Positions 10,431 to 22,602 of a stretch of DNA of 64,000 nt are shown here, in pieces (the stretch's first letter is position 1; each line of letters starts with the position of its first letter). Below the pieces are notes generated by a model. It was not told where the DNA came from and ran no database searches. It saw only the letters and a program-made list of their open reading frames with translations. Both the position numbers and the translations under genes were made by a program. Location: positions 186,001-250,000 of the forward strand of contig BCKZ01000002.1 in NCBI GenBank assembly GCA_001600815.1. The letters are read 5' to 3'. The stretch is from Alloascoidea hylecoeti. Taxonomy: Eukaryota.

Positions 10431-12218
10431 ATGAGTTCATTCTATTCATCAAATAACTCAAATAATAAACACATAACTGCAACCATAAATAACTGCACAG
10501 TCTACTTGCTTGGATATGGCTCTATCAATCATACACTTGGCCAACATCATAATGAAACCATCCTCCTCAACAGACCAGCCCTGTTTGTCCAGAACTGCAC
10601 AGACCAAGATACAATCGAGCTTCTCACTGATATGGTATTAAGTTCTCTATCTTCAACTGTAGGAAGAGATCCATTCCATGGGAGTGTAGTTACAATAGCC
10701 TTCGCTGCTTCGTGTGCTGTCACTATTGAATGGCTCTTATTTATACTGCTTTTTATCTCAAAGAAAAGACGACCTTTCTTCATACAATTTGCTACTTTGT
10801 TCACTGCTATATCTCTAACAGTCATAGTGAAAGATTTCAACGATGTTTTAATACGCCAGTATTATCAGAACTACAGATCTACAAGTGAAATGAGACAACA
10901 GGTTACCGATGGTGACACATATAACACTTTATGGATAGTTTCAACATTTGTTTTATGGTTAGCACAAATACAGGTCCTGATAAGGCTGCACCCACCAGGT
11001 TCAAAAGCAAATAAATATATTGTAAGAATAGGTATAATATTTGCTGGTTTAAATGGACTATTTTGGTGTTTACGTGATTTTTATGCTGGTGTGCCGTTTG
11101 GCTATCCAAGTGCCGGGAAGGAGTTGGCAATAAATTGTCTTACATATGTTACACAATTAAGTTTACATATATGTTACTTTGGTCTTCTATTTTTATATTC
11201 AATTAAAAAATGGAGGTTTGCTTATCATAGACGTGCCATACCAATAGCTGCTATAACTCTTTCGATCACAGCATTGCCTGCAATTTTCTTTATTCTATCT
11301 ATATCGAAGGGACTGCTATCTATCTGGAGTGAATTTTGTCGATGGGTAAGCACATCTGCTGCTTGTGTTGTCGCTTGGGAATGGATAAATGTGATTGAAA
11401 AATTGGAGTCTGACTACCAAAAAGCTGGTGTGTTGGGCAGAGAAATCAATGATGAAACTTTGAATGATTATTTATCTGTTGATAGTAGTAGTGATAAACC
11501 ATTTATTCAGAATGCAAACAATAGAAAAAATGTCGATGAAGAATATAATGATACCACAAATGGTGATGGTATAACAAGAATAGTAACAAATTCGGCTCTT
11601 GGGTATACTAGTTCAATTTCAAAAATTTTCATTTCAATAAAAACAGCCTTTATGGATATTTTGCGAAATAATACTATTTCTATTTTCAATTCACAAAAGT
11701 CTGAACATGAAGGTAATAATTATCTAAAAACAGTAAAAGCCCTAACAAGGTTTTCAATAAAGGATAAGACAAAAAGTATAGCTTCTATTAAAACTGAACA
11801 TATCTTAACATTCCAACATCCACAAATCATAATGGATACTGCTCAGAATATTCAGACCGTTACAAGCAGTTCGAGTGGTAGAAGGTCAATATCAAGTGGG
11901 AATATGACAACTCAAAAACAAAAACAAAAACAAAAACAAAACCACTTAGAATCATATATGAATAACGATTACCAATTAAACACAACTGCTGTAAATACAT
12001 CTATTCAGAATATCACGCAAGACTCAGTTACTGGTATTCCTACCATCCGGATTAGTCCCTCTGATACTAGTCCACCACCTGAAGAAGTTCTTCCAGATTT
12101 CGAACCAGCTCCTGGATTTACTCGTGAAGATTACTGGGATGATAAAGATCCCCAATTACGACCAACTATACCAGAACCTATTTATTATCCTGCTTCCTTT
12201 TCAACAGCCCGACACTGA
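10431..12218 (+). CDS. RIM21: PalH/Rim21/Dfg16-family 7-TM ambient pH sensor
   Basis: DPF motif before TM1, WLAQIQVLIRL, VAWEWINVIE..E...QK.GVLGR, tail PGF...DYWDDK; Rim21 vs Dfg16 assignment not resolved. Confidence 0.8.
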   Translation: MSSFYSSNNSNNKHITATINNCTVYLLGYGSINHTLGQHHNETILLNRPALFVQNCTDQDTIELLTDMVLSSLSSTVGRDPFHGSVVTIAFAASCAVTIEWLLFILLFISKKRRPFFIQFATLFTAISLTVIVKDFNDVLIRQYYQNYRSTSEMRQQVTDGDTYNTLWIVSTFVLWLAQIQVLIRLHPPGSKANKYIVRIGIIFAGLNGLFWCLRDFYAGVPFGYPSAGKELAINCLTYVTQLSLHICYFGLLFLYSIKKWRFAYHRRAIPIAAITLSITALPAIFFILSISKGLLSIWSEFCRWVSTSAACVVAWEWINVIEKLESDYQKAGVLGREINDETLNDYLSVDSSSDKPFIQNANNRKNVDEEYNDTTNGDGITRIVTNSALGYTSSISKIFISIKTAFMDILRNNTISIFNSQKSEHEGNNYLKTVKALTRFSIKDKTKSIASIKTEHILTFQHPQIIMDTAQNIQTVTSSSSGRRSISSGNMTTQKQKQKQKQNHLESYMNNDYQLNTTAVNTSIQNITQDSVTGIPTIRISPSDTSPPPEEVLPDFEPAPGFTREDYWDDKDPQLRPTIPEPIYYPASFSTARH

Positions 12219-12526
12219 TAATCGAGTTTTATGCCATATGATCAAGAATAACCCAATAATAAAGAGATATAGAGGCCCATTTCATCAACATCAGGGACCT
12301 CTTGAATCTCTTCTCTTTTTTCGCATCATCTATATAAGATTTTTGATATCTGCATGAATTGTCGCCCTTATATTTATTTTGATTAACGTATGCATTGTAT
12401 ATTATAGCTAGAATCAAGAATCACCTTTAGATTTATGATCATATTGTATTATAATCATTAGAAGAAAAAACTTATTGATCGCAAAATCGAAAACGTACCC
12501 GCGCTGATTTTCATGCTTCATCAGTT

Positions 12527-12543
12527 TTCTCGAAATTTCTAGA
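12527..12543. promoter_or_regulatory. Heat-shock element upstream of HSP78
   Basis: TTCtcGAAatTTCtaGA: three perfect alternating nGAAn units ~115 bp upstream of the ATG. Confidence 0.75.
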
Positions 12544-12657
12544 TCCATCCATCCATCCATCCATCACGAAAACCTAAAATTACTGATCAATATATAATCA
12601 CTCTTGTTTCCTTATAATTTTTTGAAACTTTTTTTTGAGTGCAATACCAGAAAAGCA

Positions 12658-15132
12658 ATGATCAAGTTATTAGATAGACAATTATCGACGGTTGCAAGGA
12701 ATACTATACCTAATCTCAAGTATATTATACCTATTGTGGCAACTCCAGGAACAAAAAGGACCATCTCAAGCATTTCAGTGTCTTTAGATAAGAATCTTAA
12801 TGAAAGTACCAATACAAGAGCATTATGTAGAAATGGCAATGTAACACAACTGATGAGGCAACGCAATACAGTCCCCAAAACCTTTATTCAAAGACGGTTT
12901 GCTTCGGTTGGAGGACAAGGAAATACAGGTGGGCCACAGAACTTCAGGATGAATTTTGGGAATGAACCAAAAGTACCAGCTTTAGAACAATATGGTACCG
13001 ATCTTACAAAGTTAGCCTCTGAAGGAAAACTCGATCCAGTTATTGGCAGAGATGAAGAGATAAGAAGGACAATTCAAATATTATCGAGACGAACTAAGAA
13101 TAACCCTGCATTAATTGGACAAGCCGGTACTGGTAAGACGGCAATTATGGAAGGCTTAGCCCAAAGAATTGTTAGAGGCGAGGTTCCTGAATCAATCAAG
13201 CATAAAAGAGTGATTGCATTGGATTTAGGTGGTTTGATTTCTGGTGCTAAATTCCGTGGTGATTTCGAGGAAAGATTAAAAGCTGTACTAAAGGAAATCG
13301 AAGATGCCAATGGTGAGATCATTTTATTTGTTGATGAGTTACATATGCTTCTGGGTCTTGGTAAAACAGAAGGTAGTATTGATGCCTCAAATTTATTGAA
13401 ACCTGCATTGGCTAGAGGTCAATTACAATGCTGTGGTGCTACTACGATTGAAGAATACCGAAAATATATCGAAAAAGATGCTGCATTAGCAAGACGTTTT
13501 CAATCAGTATTAATTGCGGAGCCATCAGTACAAGATGCTGTCAGTATTCTAAGAGGTCTTAAAGAACGTTATGAAGTGCACCATGGAGTGCGTATTACCG
13601 ATTCAGCCTTGGTTACGGCAGCTATCTATTCAAATAGATACATCACTAATCGTTTCTTACCCGATAAAGCTATTGATTTAGTGGATGAGGCATGCTCTGC
13701 TCTTCGTTTACAGCATGAGTCAAAACCAGATGCAATTCAAGAACTAGATCGTGCAATAATGACTATTCAGATTGAATTAGAATCTTTAAAGAAAGAAACA
13801 GATGCCTTGTCAATTGAAAGAAAATCTAAATTAGAAGATGAATTGAAAATCAAGTCAGATGAAGTCAAGCGGTTAACTGAAATTTGGGAAAAAGAAAAAT
13901 CAGAATTAGATGATATCAAAAAAGCAAAAGAAGAATTAGAAAAGGCAAAAGTTGATTTGGAAATTGCTCAAAGGAGTGGAGATTTTGGCAAAGCTTCGGA
14001 ATTACAGTATTCAAAGATCCCAGAATTAGAAAAGAAAGTACCCAAAGATAGTTCATCCAAAAATGGAACATCATTATTACACGAAGCAGTTACTTCTGAA
14101 GATATTGGAAACGTTGTTTCTAAAATGACCGGTATTCCTGTCCAATCTTTAATGAAGGGAGAAAAGGACAGATTACTTGGTATGGAGCATTCATTACAAC
14201 AGCGTGTTGTAGGCCAAGATGATGCCATCAAAGCAGTTTCTGATGCGGTAAGACTACAAAGAGCAGGCCTAACAAACGAAAAGAGACCGGTTGCCAGTTT
14301 TATGTTTTTGGGTCCAACTGGTACAGGTAAGACAGAGTTGACTAAAGCATTAGCAGAATTCTTATTTGATGATGAAAGCGCAGTTGTTAGATTTGATATG
14401 AGTGAATTCCAGGAGAAGCACACAGTATCAAGACTCATTGGTTCTCCTCCAGGTTATGTTGGCTACGAAGAAAGTGGTGAATTAACGGAAGCAATTCGTC
14501 GTAAGCCATATGCTGTTATTTTGTTTGATGAATTTGAAAAAGCTCATCCAGATGTTTCTAAACTACTATTACAAGTTCTTGATGAAGGTCAATTGACTGA
14601 TGCACAAGGAAGACATGTTGATTTTAGAAATTCTATTATTGTCATGACTAGTAACATTGGTCAAGAATTATTAATTTCTGATGCCGAGCTACAAAATGAA
14701 TCAGGGAAAATAAGCGATAAAACAAAGACAGCAGTTCTTGAAACTATGAAGGGCTACTATCCCCCAGAGTTTATCAATCGTCTTGATGATACAATAGTCT
14801 TCAATCGTCTCTCTAAGGCCAGCCTGGTAAAGATTGTTGATATCAGACTAAAAGAAGTGCAAGAGCGTTTAGTTGACAGACAAATTACAATTAATGTTGA
14901 CGAAAAAGGTAAGCAATGGTTAGTAGACCATGGATATGATCCTATGTATGGTGCTAGACCACTGAATAGACTAATTCAAAAACAAGTGTTAAATCCCATG
15001 GCTTGGTATTTACTTAAGGGTATGATTAGATCTGGAGAAAGCGTTGAAATTACAGCTGAAAATGATAAATTGATTGTTAGGCCTAATCATGAAGAAGTTG
15101 ATGAATCATCTAAAGCAGAAACGGAAGACTAG
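12658..15132 (+). CDS. HSP78: Mitochondrial ClpB disaggregase Hsp78
   Basis: Two AAA domains ([17 protein letters not shown]), no N-domain, basic presequence; first ATG at 12658. Confidence 0.95.
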   Translation: MIKLLDRQLSTVARNTIPNLKYIIPIVATPGTKRTISSISVSLDKNLNESTNTRALCRNGNVTQLMRQRNTVPKTFIQRRFASVGGQGNTGGPQNFRMNFGNEPKVPALEQYGTDLTKLASEGKLDPVIGRDEEIRRTIQILSRRTKNNPALIGQAGTGKTAIMEGLAQRIVRGEVPESIKHKRVIALDLGGLISGAKFRGDFEERLKAVLKEIEDANGEIILFVDELHMLLGLGKTEGSIDASNLLKPALARGQLQCCGATTIEEYRKYIEKDAALARRFQSVLIAEPSVQDAVSILRGLKERYEVHHGVRITDSALVTAAIYSNRYITNRFLPDKAIDLVDEACSALRLQHESKPDAIQELDRAIMTIQIELESLKKETDALSIERKSKLEDELKIKSDEVKRLTEIWEKEKSELDDIKKAKEELEKAKVDLEIAQRSGDFGKASELQYSKIPELEKKVPKDSSSKNGTSLLHEAVTSEDIGNVVSKMTGIPVQSLMKGEKDRLLGMEHSLQQRVVGQDDAIKAVSDAVRLQRAGLTNEKRPVASFMFLGPTGTGKTELTKALAEFLFDDESAVVRFDMSEFQEKHTVSRLIGSPPGYVGYEESGELTEAIRRKPYAVILFDEFEKAHPDVSKLLLQVLDEGQLTDAQGRHVDFRNSIIVMTSNIGQELLISDAELQNESGKISDKTKTAVLETMKGYYPPEFINRLDDTIVFNRLSKASLVKIVDIRLKEVQERLVDRQITINVDEKGKQWLVDHGYDPMYGARPLNRLIQKQVLNPMAWYLLKGMIRSGESVEITAENDKLIVRPNHEEVDESSKAETED

Positions 15133-15472
15133 TTAATTATTGTATTATTTTTGGGAAAGGTTTTATTTTTTAATTGTTTGTGGTATCTTGGGAAGGAAAT
15201 AATTGTATATAGAAAATATTATAGATAGATATTTGTCACCACTTTAACTATACATGTATATAATGTTAATATAGTGATATGTCCCACTTTAGACGAGCAT
15301 ACTTTTACACCCATAGTAAAGGTAAAAAGATACAATATATGCAAAATTCATACAATTGCTGGCACGGTTTGTTATATTTAATAAAGTTTCTATTAAAATA
15401 TTAGTAGTTGATTGGATGTTCTAGATAGTACTTTAATCCATCAACACATCATTAGCACAAAACTGACTAACA

Positions 15473-16366
15473 ATGACGGAGAAAGAAGATGAATCCAATA
15501 AGTATTTTCATCGGAATCTCTGGTTTAGTAATCCCACATTTGGATATGTGATATTTGGGCCAATTCTACCAGCACAGGACAATACTATTGCCCAAACTAT
15601 AGTGGGGGGTTTACAATTAAGTCTGGGTGTAAATATGTTTACTGGAAAAGCAATGAATAATCCACGACTGAGATATGGAAGATGGCTATATCGCTTTGCT
15701 GGGGCTGGGCTTATTTTTCTTACTCTAGCAGAGATTCAGAGGCAAATGTGGTATAAATGGGATCCGTGGATTTTGGAAGCCAAACGAGAAAGAATAGAAG
15801 CTCAAAAAAGAGGAGAGAAGACTTCATGGTGGTTCGGCCCTAAAAATTATAGAACTATGAGTTTTGATCGATATGTCAACTCTCTTACAAATGCTTACTC
15901 TAGGGTGATAAACGTAACTGACCTGGTGAACCAAAGTTTGAATGATAATTCCCTTGAAAGGGAAATGATCACAAAAGATTATGTCAATAGACAAATATTA
16001 AATAAGGCAATAAGAATTGATGTTTTGAAACAATTGCCTTCGGAAGTAGATGGACAGAAAGACAAGGACCCACACAAATTGGATGAATTGAGACAAATCA
16101 GTGAACAACTTGATTTTGATGATATATGGGAAGAATTAGATCCTTGGGAAGAACTATGGAATAATATAAACTACACGTATAGACTTATACCACCATTCAA
16201 GGTATATTCACAGGAAGAAGATGAGGAAGAAGATGAGATTAGTAGTGGTCATGAGACTGAATTGGTATTGAAACAGCAGAAATCAGACCCCAATAAGAAA
16301 AACTCTGGAAATGTCGTTAGAATTGAGTTTGAAGACATCAATGATGAAGAAGATAAAAATAAATAA
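15473..16366 (+). CDS. MGR1: Mitochondrial i-AAA protease adaptor Mgr1
   Basis: PTFGYVIFGPILPAQDN resembles Mgr1 PSLGLKLWGPLVPAPDN; two TMs; DPW..EAK motif. Confidence 0.7.
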   Translation: MTEKEDESNKYFHRNLWFSNPTFGYVIFGPILPAQDNTIAQTIVGGLQLSLGVNMFTGKAMNNPRLRYGRWLYRFAGAGLIFLTLAEIQRQMWYKWDPWILEAKRERIEAQKRGEKTSWWFGPKNYRTMSFDRYVNSLTNAYSRVINVTDLVNQSLNDNSLEREMITKDYVNRQILNKAIRIDVLKQLPSEVDGQKDKDPHKLDELRQISEQLDFDDIWEELDPWEELWNNINYTYRLIPPFKVYSQEEDEEEDEISSGHETELVLKQQKSDPNKKNSGNVVRIEFEDINDEEDKNK

Positions 16367-16844
16367 AGGTTATTATTATGTTTCTATTAAATCCCGGGTA
16401 AGGTAATTTTTTTTCTAGCAGAAGGGATTATTTAGTTTATACTTTATAACAAAAATTCATTTGTATATATCACGATTAACAGGTGCTGAAATCATTTCAA
16501 AGTGATAATGTACTGGTTACACGTTCTCCTTGGTGGCTTGTTTCAATTCAGAGCAAATGATACAAGGGAAATATTAAGTTATCTATAGCATTGGAACCCA
16601 TTAATAAATTTAAAAGTTTATAGATTATTTTCTGAGTACCAGATCCAGATTACCCGGATACAGTGATTTTGAATAATTATCGTGAAATATAAAATCTTAT
16701 AAGAATACGCGTACGTAGGATCACCAATTCTCATTTCTGATGTATTTCTATCAAATTATAATCTCTGTATCCAAGGAGATCAGAGTTGCTTTATGTTTTA
16801 CAATTTTCAAAAAATTCTGTTTTCATTAACTATAGTACAAGAAA

Positions 16845-17300
16845 TTACCTCCTGGCTCTCTGTCTACCAGCATTACCTGCTCTTGACTTCAACACATCCG
16901 ATTTTTGTTTGAACATAGGTGCATGTCTAAAATACGGTTTGGTAAATGTTAGCAAATCATATGTCTCCGTTTCTTTTCAATTTAATGCTATTTCAAAAGA
17001 TAAACTTACCTTAGCATATCAGGCACAATAAAAAATTTAACATGCGAACCTCTAATGAACACCTGTTCTAAATGTGATACTCTTCCATCTCGTGCAGTGA
17101 CGGTAACATCCTTCAGTTGAACATTCATATTATCTTCTGTTTCTAGAAGTTTACCTCTATATGTTTGACCTGAATTGAGTTCAAGAGTTACAATATGCCC
17201 CTGATAATATGTTAGAGGACATTATTAATAGTAAGAAATATAGTAGAAAACATACTCGTGTCTCATTAAGGAGTTTCACTGGAATTCCAACCGTGGACAT
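16845..17300 (-). CDS. SMD3: Sm core protein D3 (3 exons)
   Basis: Exons 17300-17256, 17200-17010, 16926-16845 give [33 protein letters not shown]...[34 protein letters not shown] donors, CTAAC branch points. Confidence 0.95.
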
Positions 17301-17451
17301 GATGAATATTGATATAATTAGAAGTGAAGGAGAAAGATTCTTTAGATTGAGAGGTACACCCGTACACACATCCAATGTTTGAATATTAACAATAACCTCC
17401 TCCTGACATTTCGCAATCACCTAATCTAAATTCCAGCCATTTGTAGATGAG

Positions 17452-20391
17452 ATGAGTTTCTCCATTGAACATGTTCAGCTACAGTTTGGGATTTCCGAGA
17501 TCACCACTTTGGCCGTTTCGGGAAATATCTTGTCTTTGGCCCTAGTAGGCGGCCGGGTAATATGTGTGGACCTTACGAATCCACAGGAAATAGAGGAAGT
17601 GGATGTCGCTAAAGATATATCTAACTTATATTTAAGTCCTGATGGAGTACATTTACTAGTTACCACATTGTCCGGGAACAATTATCTACTAGGAACCTCT
17701 GTGGATAAGTTCAAATCCCGTCTTGTTAATCGAATAAAGGGCACCATTTCGGCCGTTGCATGGGACTTGCCCTCATTAAAAAATGCTAGTGTTACAGGTT
17801 CTAGTTCTCATTTATTAATTGGTTTATCCAATGGACATTTATATGAAGCCGTGGTGGACTTGAAAGAGAATATAAAATGGGCGAAACATGTCTGGAAAAC
17901 AAATGATGATGCTCCGATCGATGGAATATGTATAGACTCTCCTTCATCTGCTTCTCTGTCATCTGATAACAGGAAAGTGATTATAACTGCTGGTGGGTCA
18001 ATTTATCATTGGCAGGGCCATATATTACAATCTAAGTCCTCTCCTTATTATTCCTCATTGTTAAGTAGTGAGCCCGTTTCTGAAATTTTTGACAGGTCTC
18101 CATTTTCATCCTTCTCAGTTTATCAATCTCAAGATGTTAATTCGCAATATGCCTGGTTAACAGAACCCGGAATTTTATACGGCGATTTGTTTTCAGAGAA
18201 GTATGATAAGGATACAAAGGATAGATTTTTCACTGAATCAAGAGTATTTTTATCATTACAGCTTCCTCCCCCAAAAGGCAATGAAGATGTAGCAATTAAA
18301 AGTTTAATGCTTACAAAATATCACATCATTTGTCTAAGAGGTAATGAAATATTCTCTATAAATAGACTGAACGGTGATATAGTATATAATGATGTTCTTG
18401 CATCTTCAACAAATGAACGATTTCTTGGCCTCACATCAGATCTCTCTGAACAAACCTTTTGGATTTTCACATCAGAAAATATTTATGAATTAGTTGTTCT
18501 TGATGAAGAAACAGATATTTGGAAATCAATGGTGGAAAATAAGGATTATGAAGAGGCATTGTCAGTTACAAAAGATCAATTAGTCAGAGATATAATTTGG
18601 AAAAAAATGGGTTGGAATCTTATCGATAATAGAAAATTCCTTGAATCTGCTATTCCTTTAGCTCATTCAACTGAATTGTTTGAAACTGTCTGCTTAAAAT
18701 ATATGGAAAATAAACAATATGATGCACTGCGAACTTATCTCGAAATAAAATTAAAAAGTTTAGAGAAGACTCAATTTATGCAAAGAGTAATGCTTAGTAG
18801 TTGGATAATTGAATTATTTATTGAAAAAATGAACGAATTAGATGATTATTATCAAACTCTAGATATTTTCTCTTCTAATTCTTCAACTTCAAAGAAAGAA
18901 TTTAATGCTCTAGACTCGGAATTCAATTTATTTATCACGACTTTTAAAGATTCGTTGGATGTTAAAACAGTTTATGATATAATATCGTCTCATAATAGAC
19001 AAGCTCAACTCTTATTTTTTGCCAATGAAATCCAAGATTATGATTACCTAATTTCATACTGGGTTAGATTATACAATTGGGAAAAAGTATTAGATGTCTT
19101 AATTACTAAATCTTCACCTGATGACTTTTACAAGTATTCAAGTGTATTACTGGTCAATTATCCAAAGCAAACGATTAACACGTGGATAAGGCTACAGGAT
19201 TTACTTGATCCCACAAAATTTATTCCTGCATTATTAAGCTATAATAATTCAAACTCAACAACTGTTGATCTAGAACACAACCAGGCAGTAAGATATTTGG
19301 TATATTTGGTCCAAACTTTAAATCTAAAGGATTCAATTATTCACAATACTTTATTAGCAATTTATATTACATCTCCTTCCCATGCTTCTAATAATGAGAA
19401 TGAAGAGGAACATATTATAGCTTATTTATCATCTTCATATGCCTCAGCAACACCTTATTCGTCGGGTCCTCCAGTATACGATTCTGATTTCATTCTTCGT
19501 TTATGCTTATTACACCATAAATTAAAATCAGCGATATATATTTATTCAATGTTGGGTCTCTATGAGGAAGCTGTTAAGTTGGCTTTAGGAAATAATTTAA
19601 TCGAAATTGCTGCAGAAATTGCAGATAAACCTGAAATTGAAGATAAAAAATTACGAAAACAATTATGGTTAGAGATTGCAAAAGAAATGATTCAAGGCCA
19701 TGTTAATTTAAGTCTTGATAATAAACAAGATAATGGAGAAATAATGAAAGATACGTTACATTTTCTTCAAAAATCTCAAGTACTTAAAATTAATGATTTA
19801 TTACCACTTTTCCCCAATTTTCATACTTTACAAAATTTTAAATCAGAAATTGTTTCATGTTTAGAAAATTATTCTTCAACTATTACTTCAATGAATTCAC
19901 AAATTAATGAGTCGATATCAACTTCACAAAACTTGCATTCTGAAATTGAACAAGTTCAAAAGAATCGATACTTAATTATTGAGCCTTCAGAAATCTGTAA
20001 GATATGTTCTGAGCCATTGCTTCTAAGAAAATTTGTTGGATTTCCCTGTGAACATTTTGTTCATTATGAATGTATTATTAAATATATTTTAAAGAATGGT
20101 GGTTACAAGGCAAAGAAAGATTTAGTCGAATTACAGAAGAAGTTGAAAAAGAGACGTTTAAGGGCTAACAATAATGCTAATATCACAGGGTTTAACGGAT
20201 TTAATGGTGCTAGTAATGTGGAAGATGATTTAATAACAATATCTGATGGTTCTAAAATGACAATAACACAAGCTATCGAAGAAATTATTACGAGAAATTG
20301 TCCGCATTGCTCCGATATGAATATTGATAGCATTGAAAGGGGATTTATCGAAGCAGGATCCGTTGATAATGCTGAAGATTGGACTATATAG
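17452..20391 (+). CDS. PEP3: HOPS/CORVET subunit Vps18
   Basis: N-terminal beta-propeller, clathrin-like repeat, LRKQLWL.IA, LLPLFPNF, C-terminal RING CxxC..FPCEHFVH..C..CPHC. Confidence 0.93.
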   Translation: MSFSIEHVQLQFGISEITTLAVSGNILSLALVGGRVICVDLTNPQEIEEVDVAKDISNLYLSPDGVHLLVTTLSGNNYLLGTSVDKFKSRLVNRIKGTISAVAWDLPSLKNASVTGSSSHLLIGLSNGHLYEAVVDLKENIKWAKHVWKTNDDAPIDGICIDSPSSASLSSDNRKVIITAGGSIYHWQGHILQSKSSPYYSSLLSSEPVSEIFDRSPFSSFSVYQSQDVNSQYAWLTEPGILYGDLFSEKYDKDTKDRFFTESRVFLSLQLPPPKGNEDVAIKSLMLTKYHIICLRGNEIFSINRLNGDIVYNDVLASSTNERFLGLTSDLSEQTFWIFTSENIYELVVLDEETDIWKSMVENKDYEEALSVTKDQLVRDIIWKKMGWNLIDNRKFLESAIPLAHSTELFETVCLKYMENKQYDALRTYLEIKLKSLEKTQFMQRVMLSSWIIELFIEKMNELDDYYQTLDIFSSNSSTSKKEFNALDSEFNLFITTFKDSLDVKTVYDIISSHNRQAQLLFFANEIQDYDYLISYWVRLYNWEKVLDVLITKSSPDDFYKYSSVLLVNYPKQTINTWIRLQDLLDPTKFIPALLSYNNSNSTTVDLEHNQAVRYLVYLVQTLNLKDSIIHNTLLAIYITSPSHASNNENEEEHIIAYLSSSYASATPYSSGPPVYDSDFILRLCLLHHKLKSAIYIYSMLGLYEEAVKLALGNNLIEIAAEIADKPEIEDKKLRKQLWLEIAKEMIQGHVNLSLDNKQDNGEIMKDTLHFLQKSQVLKINDLLPLFPNFHTLQNFKSEIVSCLENYSSTITSMNSQINESISTSQNLHSEIEQVQKNRYLIIEPSEICKICSEPLLLRKFVGFPCEHFVHYECIIKYILKNGGYKAKKDLVELQKKLKKRRLRANNNANITGFNGFNGASNVEDDLITISDGSKMTITQAIEEIITRNCPHCSDMNIDSIERGFIEAGSVDNAEDWTI

Positions 20392-20691
20392 AAAGTTTTA
20401 AGTAAAGGCAGAACAACAACTACTAATATTGGATTGATTTACGATAATACAGTAGCATTTTCCTTTCCATTTAATATTGCAATTGGGTTCATATGCATTA
20501 ATATATTATAATTAACTACCATATAGAGAATTTAAAACCGATTATTAAATACTAAATAGTAATTAATGAACTTAAATGTTAAACATATACTTTAGGCCTA
20601 TATATTCAACTATAGCTAATTTAGATTATTACACTGAAATTTGAAATTTGTATAATATAACATCTATCTTGTGTGTGTGTGTGAAAATCCA

Positions 20692-22182
20692 TTATCTCAA
20701 AGTTACTAACTCCTCAGCAGATGTGGGATGAATTGCAACTACACTATCAAAATCAGCCTTTGTAGCACCCATTTTAATAGCAACACCAAAACCTTGTAAT
20801 ATTTCGGCAGAACTATCACCAACAATATGTAAACCAACAACTTTTTCTTCTTTTCCTGCAACAATTAATTTATAAGCTGTTGGTGACTTTTCTGTTAGCA
20901 TAGCATAATACATTGCAGTGAATTTTGAGTTATATATTTTAATATTTGATTCACCATATTTATCCTTTGCTTCTTGTTCAGTTAAACCAATTGACCCAGC
21001 TTCTGGATGTGAAAAAACTACTGAAGGAACATTGGTGAAATCTTGCTTTCTATCTTTGAATTCTTTTGGTCCGAACAATCTATCAGATAATTTTCTACCT
21101 GTAGCAATTGCGACTGGAGTTAATTCAACATTTCCAACAACATCTCCTAATGAGTAGACATTTGGAACATTTGTCTGTTGGTATTCATCAACAATAACTT
21201 GCCCCTGTTTATTTAAGTCCAAGTTAATATACTCAGGATGAATTCCCAATAAAGATTTCCTTCCAACTGTCCAGATCAAAGAATCAACTTCAATGGCTGA
21301 AGATCCATTCTCATCACTATAATAAATCTTTAATTTATTAGATGGTAATTTCTCAACCTTTTCAAAAGTTTTTGATTTCTTATGAACATTAATACCGATA
21401 TCTGTATAATGATTAGTAATTGTATTTTGAATAATTGGATCAAATTTCCGTAATACAGTTTCTCCTCTAATAAATAAATGAGTCTCAGTGCCTAAACCAT
21501 GGAAAACACCAGCTAATTCAATTCCAATATAGCCTGCACCAACAATTGCAACTCTCTTTGGCTGATGTGGTAATTCAAAAAAACCATCTGAATCAATACC
21601 ATATTCGGAACCGGGAATATCTTTGGTTCCAGGGTGAACAGGTTGTCCTCCTGTTGCAATTAAGACATGATCAGCAGTATAAAGTTCTTTATCGCCAGTT
21701 GATTTAACAACCTCGACTTTACCATCTTCAGTGAATGACGCCCATCCAGCGACATACTCAACCCCTTCTTTTAGTAAATTTCTTTCGTAGATTCCATTTA
21801 ATCGATGAACATATGCATCCCTTTTTTCTTTAAAAAGCTCCCAATTAAAATTATTAGGCAATGAGGGATCAACATCAGTGAAGCCATATTCTTTTGCTTG
21901 TTTAATTTTTGAGGCCAAATCTGAAGCATACCAAAAAACTTTTTTAGGAACACAACCAACATTAACACAGGTACCACCTAGTGCTTTACCTTCAACTAAT
22001 AAAGTTTTAGCACCGTAAGAAGAAGCTCTTCTTGCAGAAGCTACACCTCCGGAGCCACCTCCGATGACGAGATATTGATAATGTTTTGCAGAAGGAGCCA
22101 TTGATGAGGAATAAGTAGAGAAATGTCTAGCTAAAGTTTGTATTCTTGTAACAGATGCTTTTGAAAGAAATTCTCTTTGCAT
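20692..22182 (-). CDS. GLR1: Glutathione reductase (two in-frame starts)
   Basis: [27 protein letters not shown]; second Met at 22101. Confidence 0.97.
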   Translation of the reverse strand: MQREFLSKASVTRIQTLARHFSTYSSSMAPSAKHYQYLVIGGGSGGVASARRASSYGAKTLLVEGKALGGTCVNVGCVPKKVFWYASDLASKIKQAKEYGFTDVDPSLPNNFNWELFKEKRDAYVHRLNGIYERNLLKEGVEYVAGWASFTEDGKVEVVKSTGDKELYTADHVLIATGGQPVHPGTKDIPGSEYGIDSDGFFELPHQPKRVAIVGAGYIGIELAGVFHGLGTETHLFIRGETVLRKFDPIIQNTITNHYTDIGINVHKKSKTFEKVEKLPSNKLKIYYSDENGSSAIEVDSLIWTVGRKSLLGIHPEYINLDLNKQGQVIVDEYQQTNVPNVYSLGDVVGNVELTPVAIATGRKLSDRLFGPKEFKDRKQDFTNVPSVVFSHPEAGSIGLTEQEAKDKYGESNIKIYNSKFTAMYYAMLTEKSPTAYKLIVAGKEEKVVGLHIVGDSSAEILQGFGVAIKMGATKADFDSVVAIHPTSAEELVTLR

Positions 22183-22291
22183 GAGGAAGAAGAATAAGAC
22201 GAAGGTAGCAACTGTAACGCTTATTTATGTTCGACGATTAGAAATCAAAGTTAGAATTACGATTCTGGATGACAAATCATCACTCCACCGA

Positions 22292-22298
22292 TTACTAA
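22292..22298. promoter_or_regulatory. Yap1/AP-1 response element upstream of GLR1
   Basis: TTACTAA ~110 bp upstream of the ATG; GLR1 is a known Yap1 target in yeasts. Confidence 0.5.
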
Positions 22299-22602
22299 TC
22301 TAATATAGATCTAGATCTTAGAAATTATATACTGTGGTAGAATGTTATATAATCGCAAATGTTAGGATATGGAATTTACTATTGAGACATTTATTAATAT
22401 TAATGCTGCTGAGGATCAATCAATGAGGTTTGCAAGACTTTTGATAATTATAAAAATATTATGGACTCAAAGCTTAAGGCTTATGTGCATGCCAATGTAC
22501 AGAAACACTTGAAAATTTGCTTGAAAAGATATGTGACATATACGCTAAATATCATTTATGAGTCGATCTTCCTTCTTTCTTCTTTGTTATATATAGTGTG
22601 CC

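Noticed and set aside
13345..13360. Possible CUG codon reassignment
   Set aside because: CTG occupies conserved Leu positions in Hsp78 (HMLLGLG, RPLNR)
13968..14438. Antisense ORFs over HSP78, URA9, the kinase, DOS2, DDI1 and GH53
   Set aside because: Shadow ORFs of well-supported genes with no recognisable motifs
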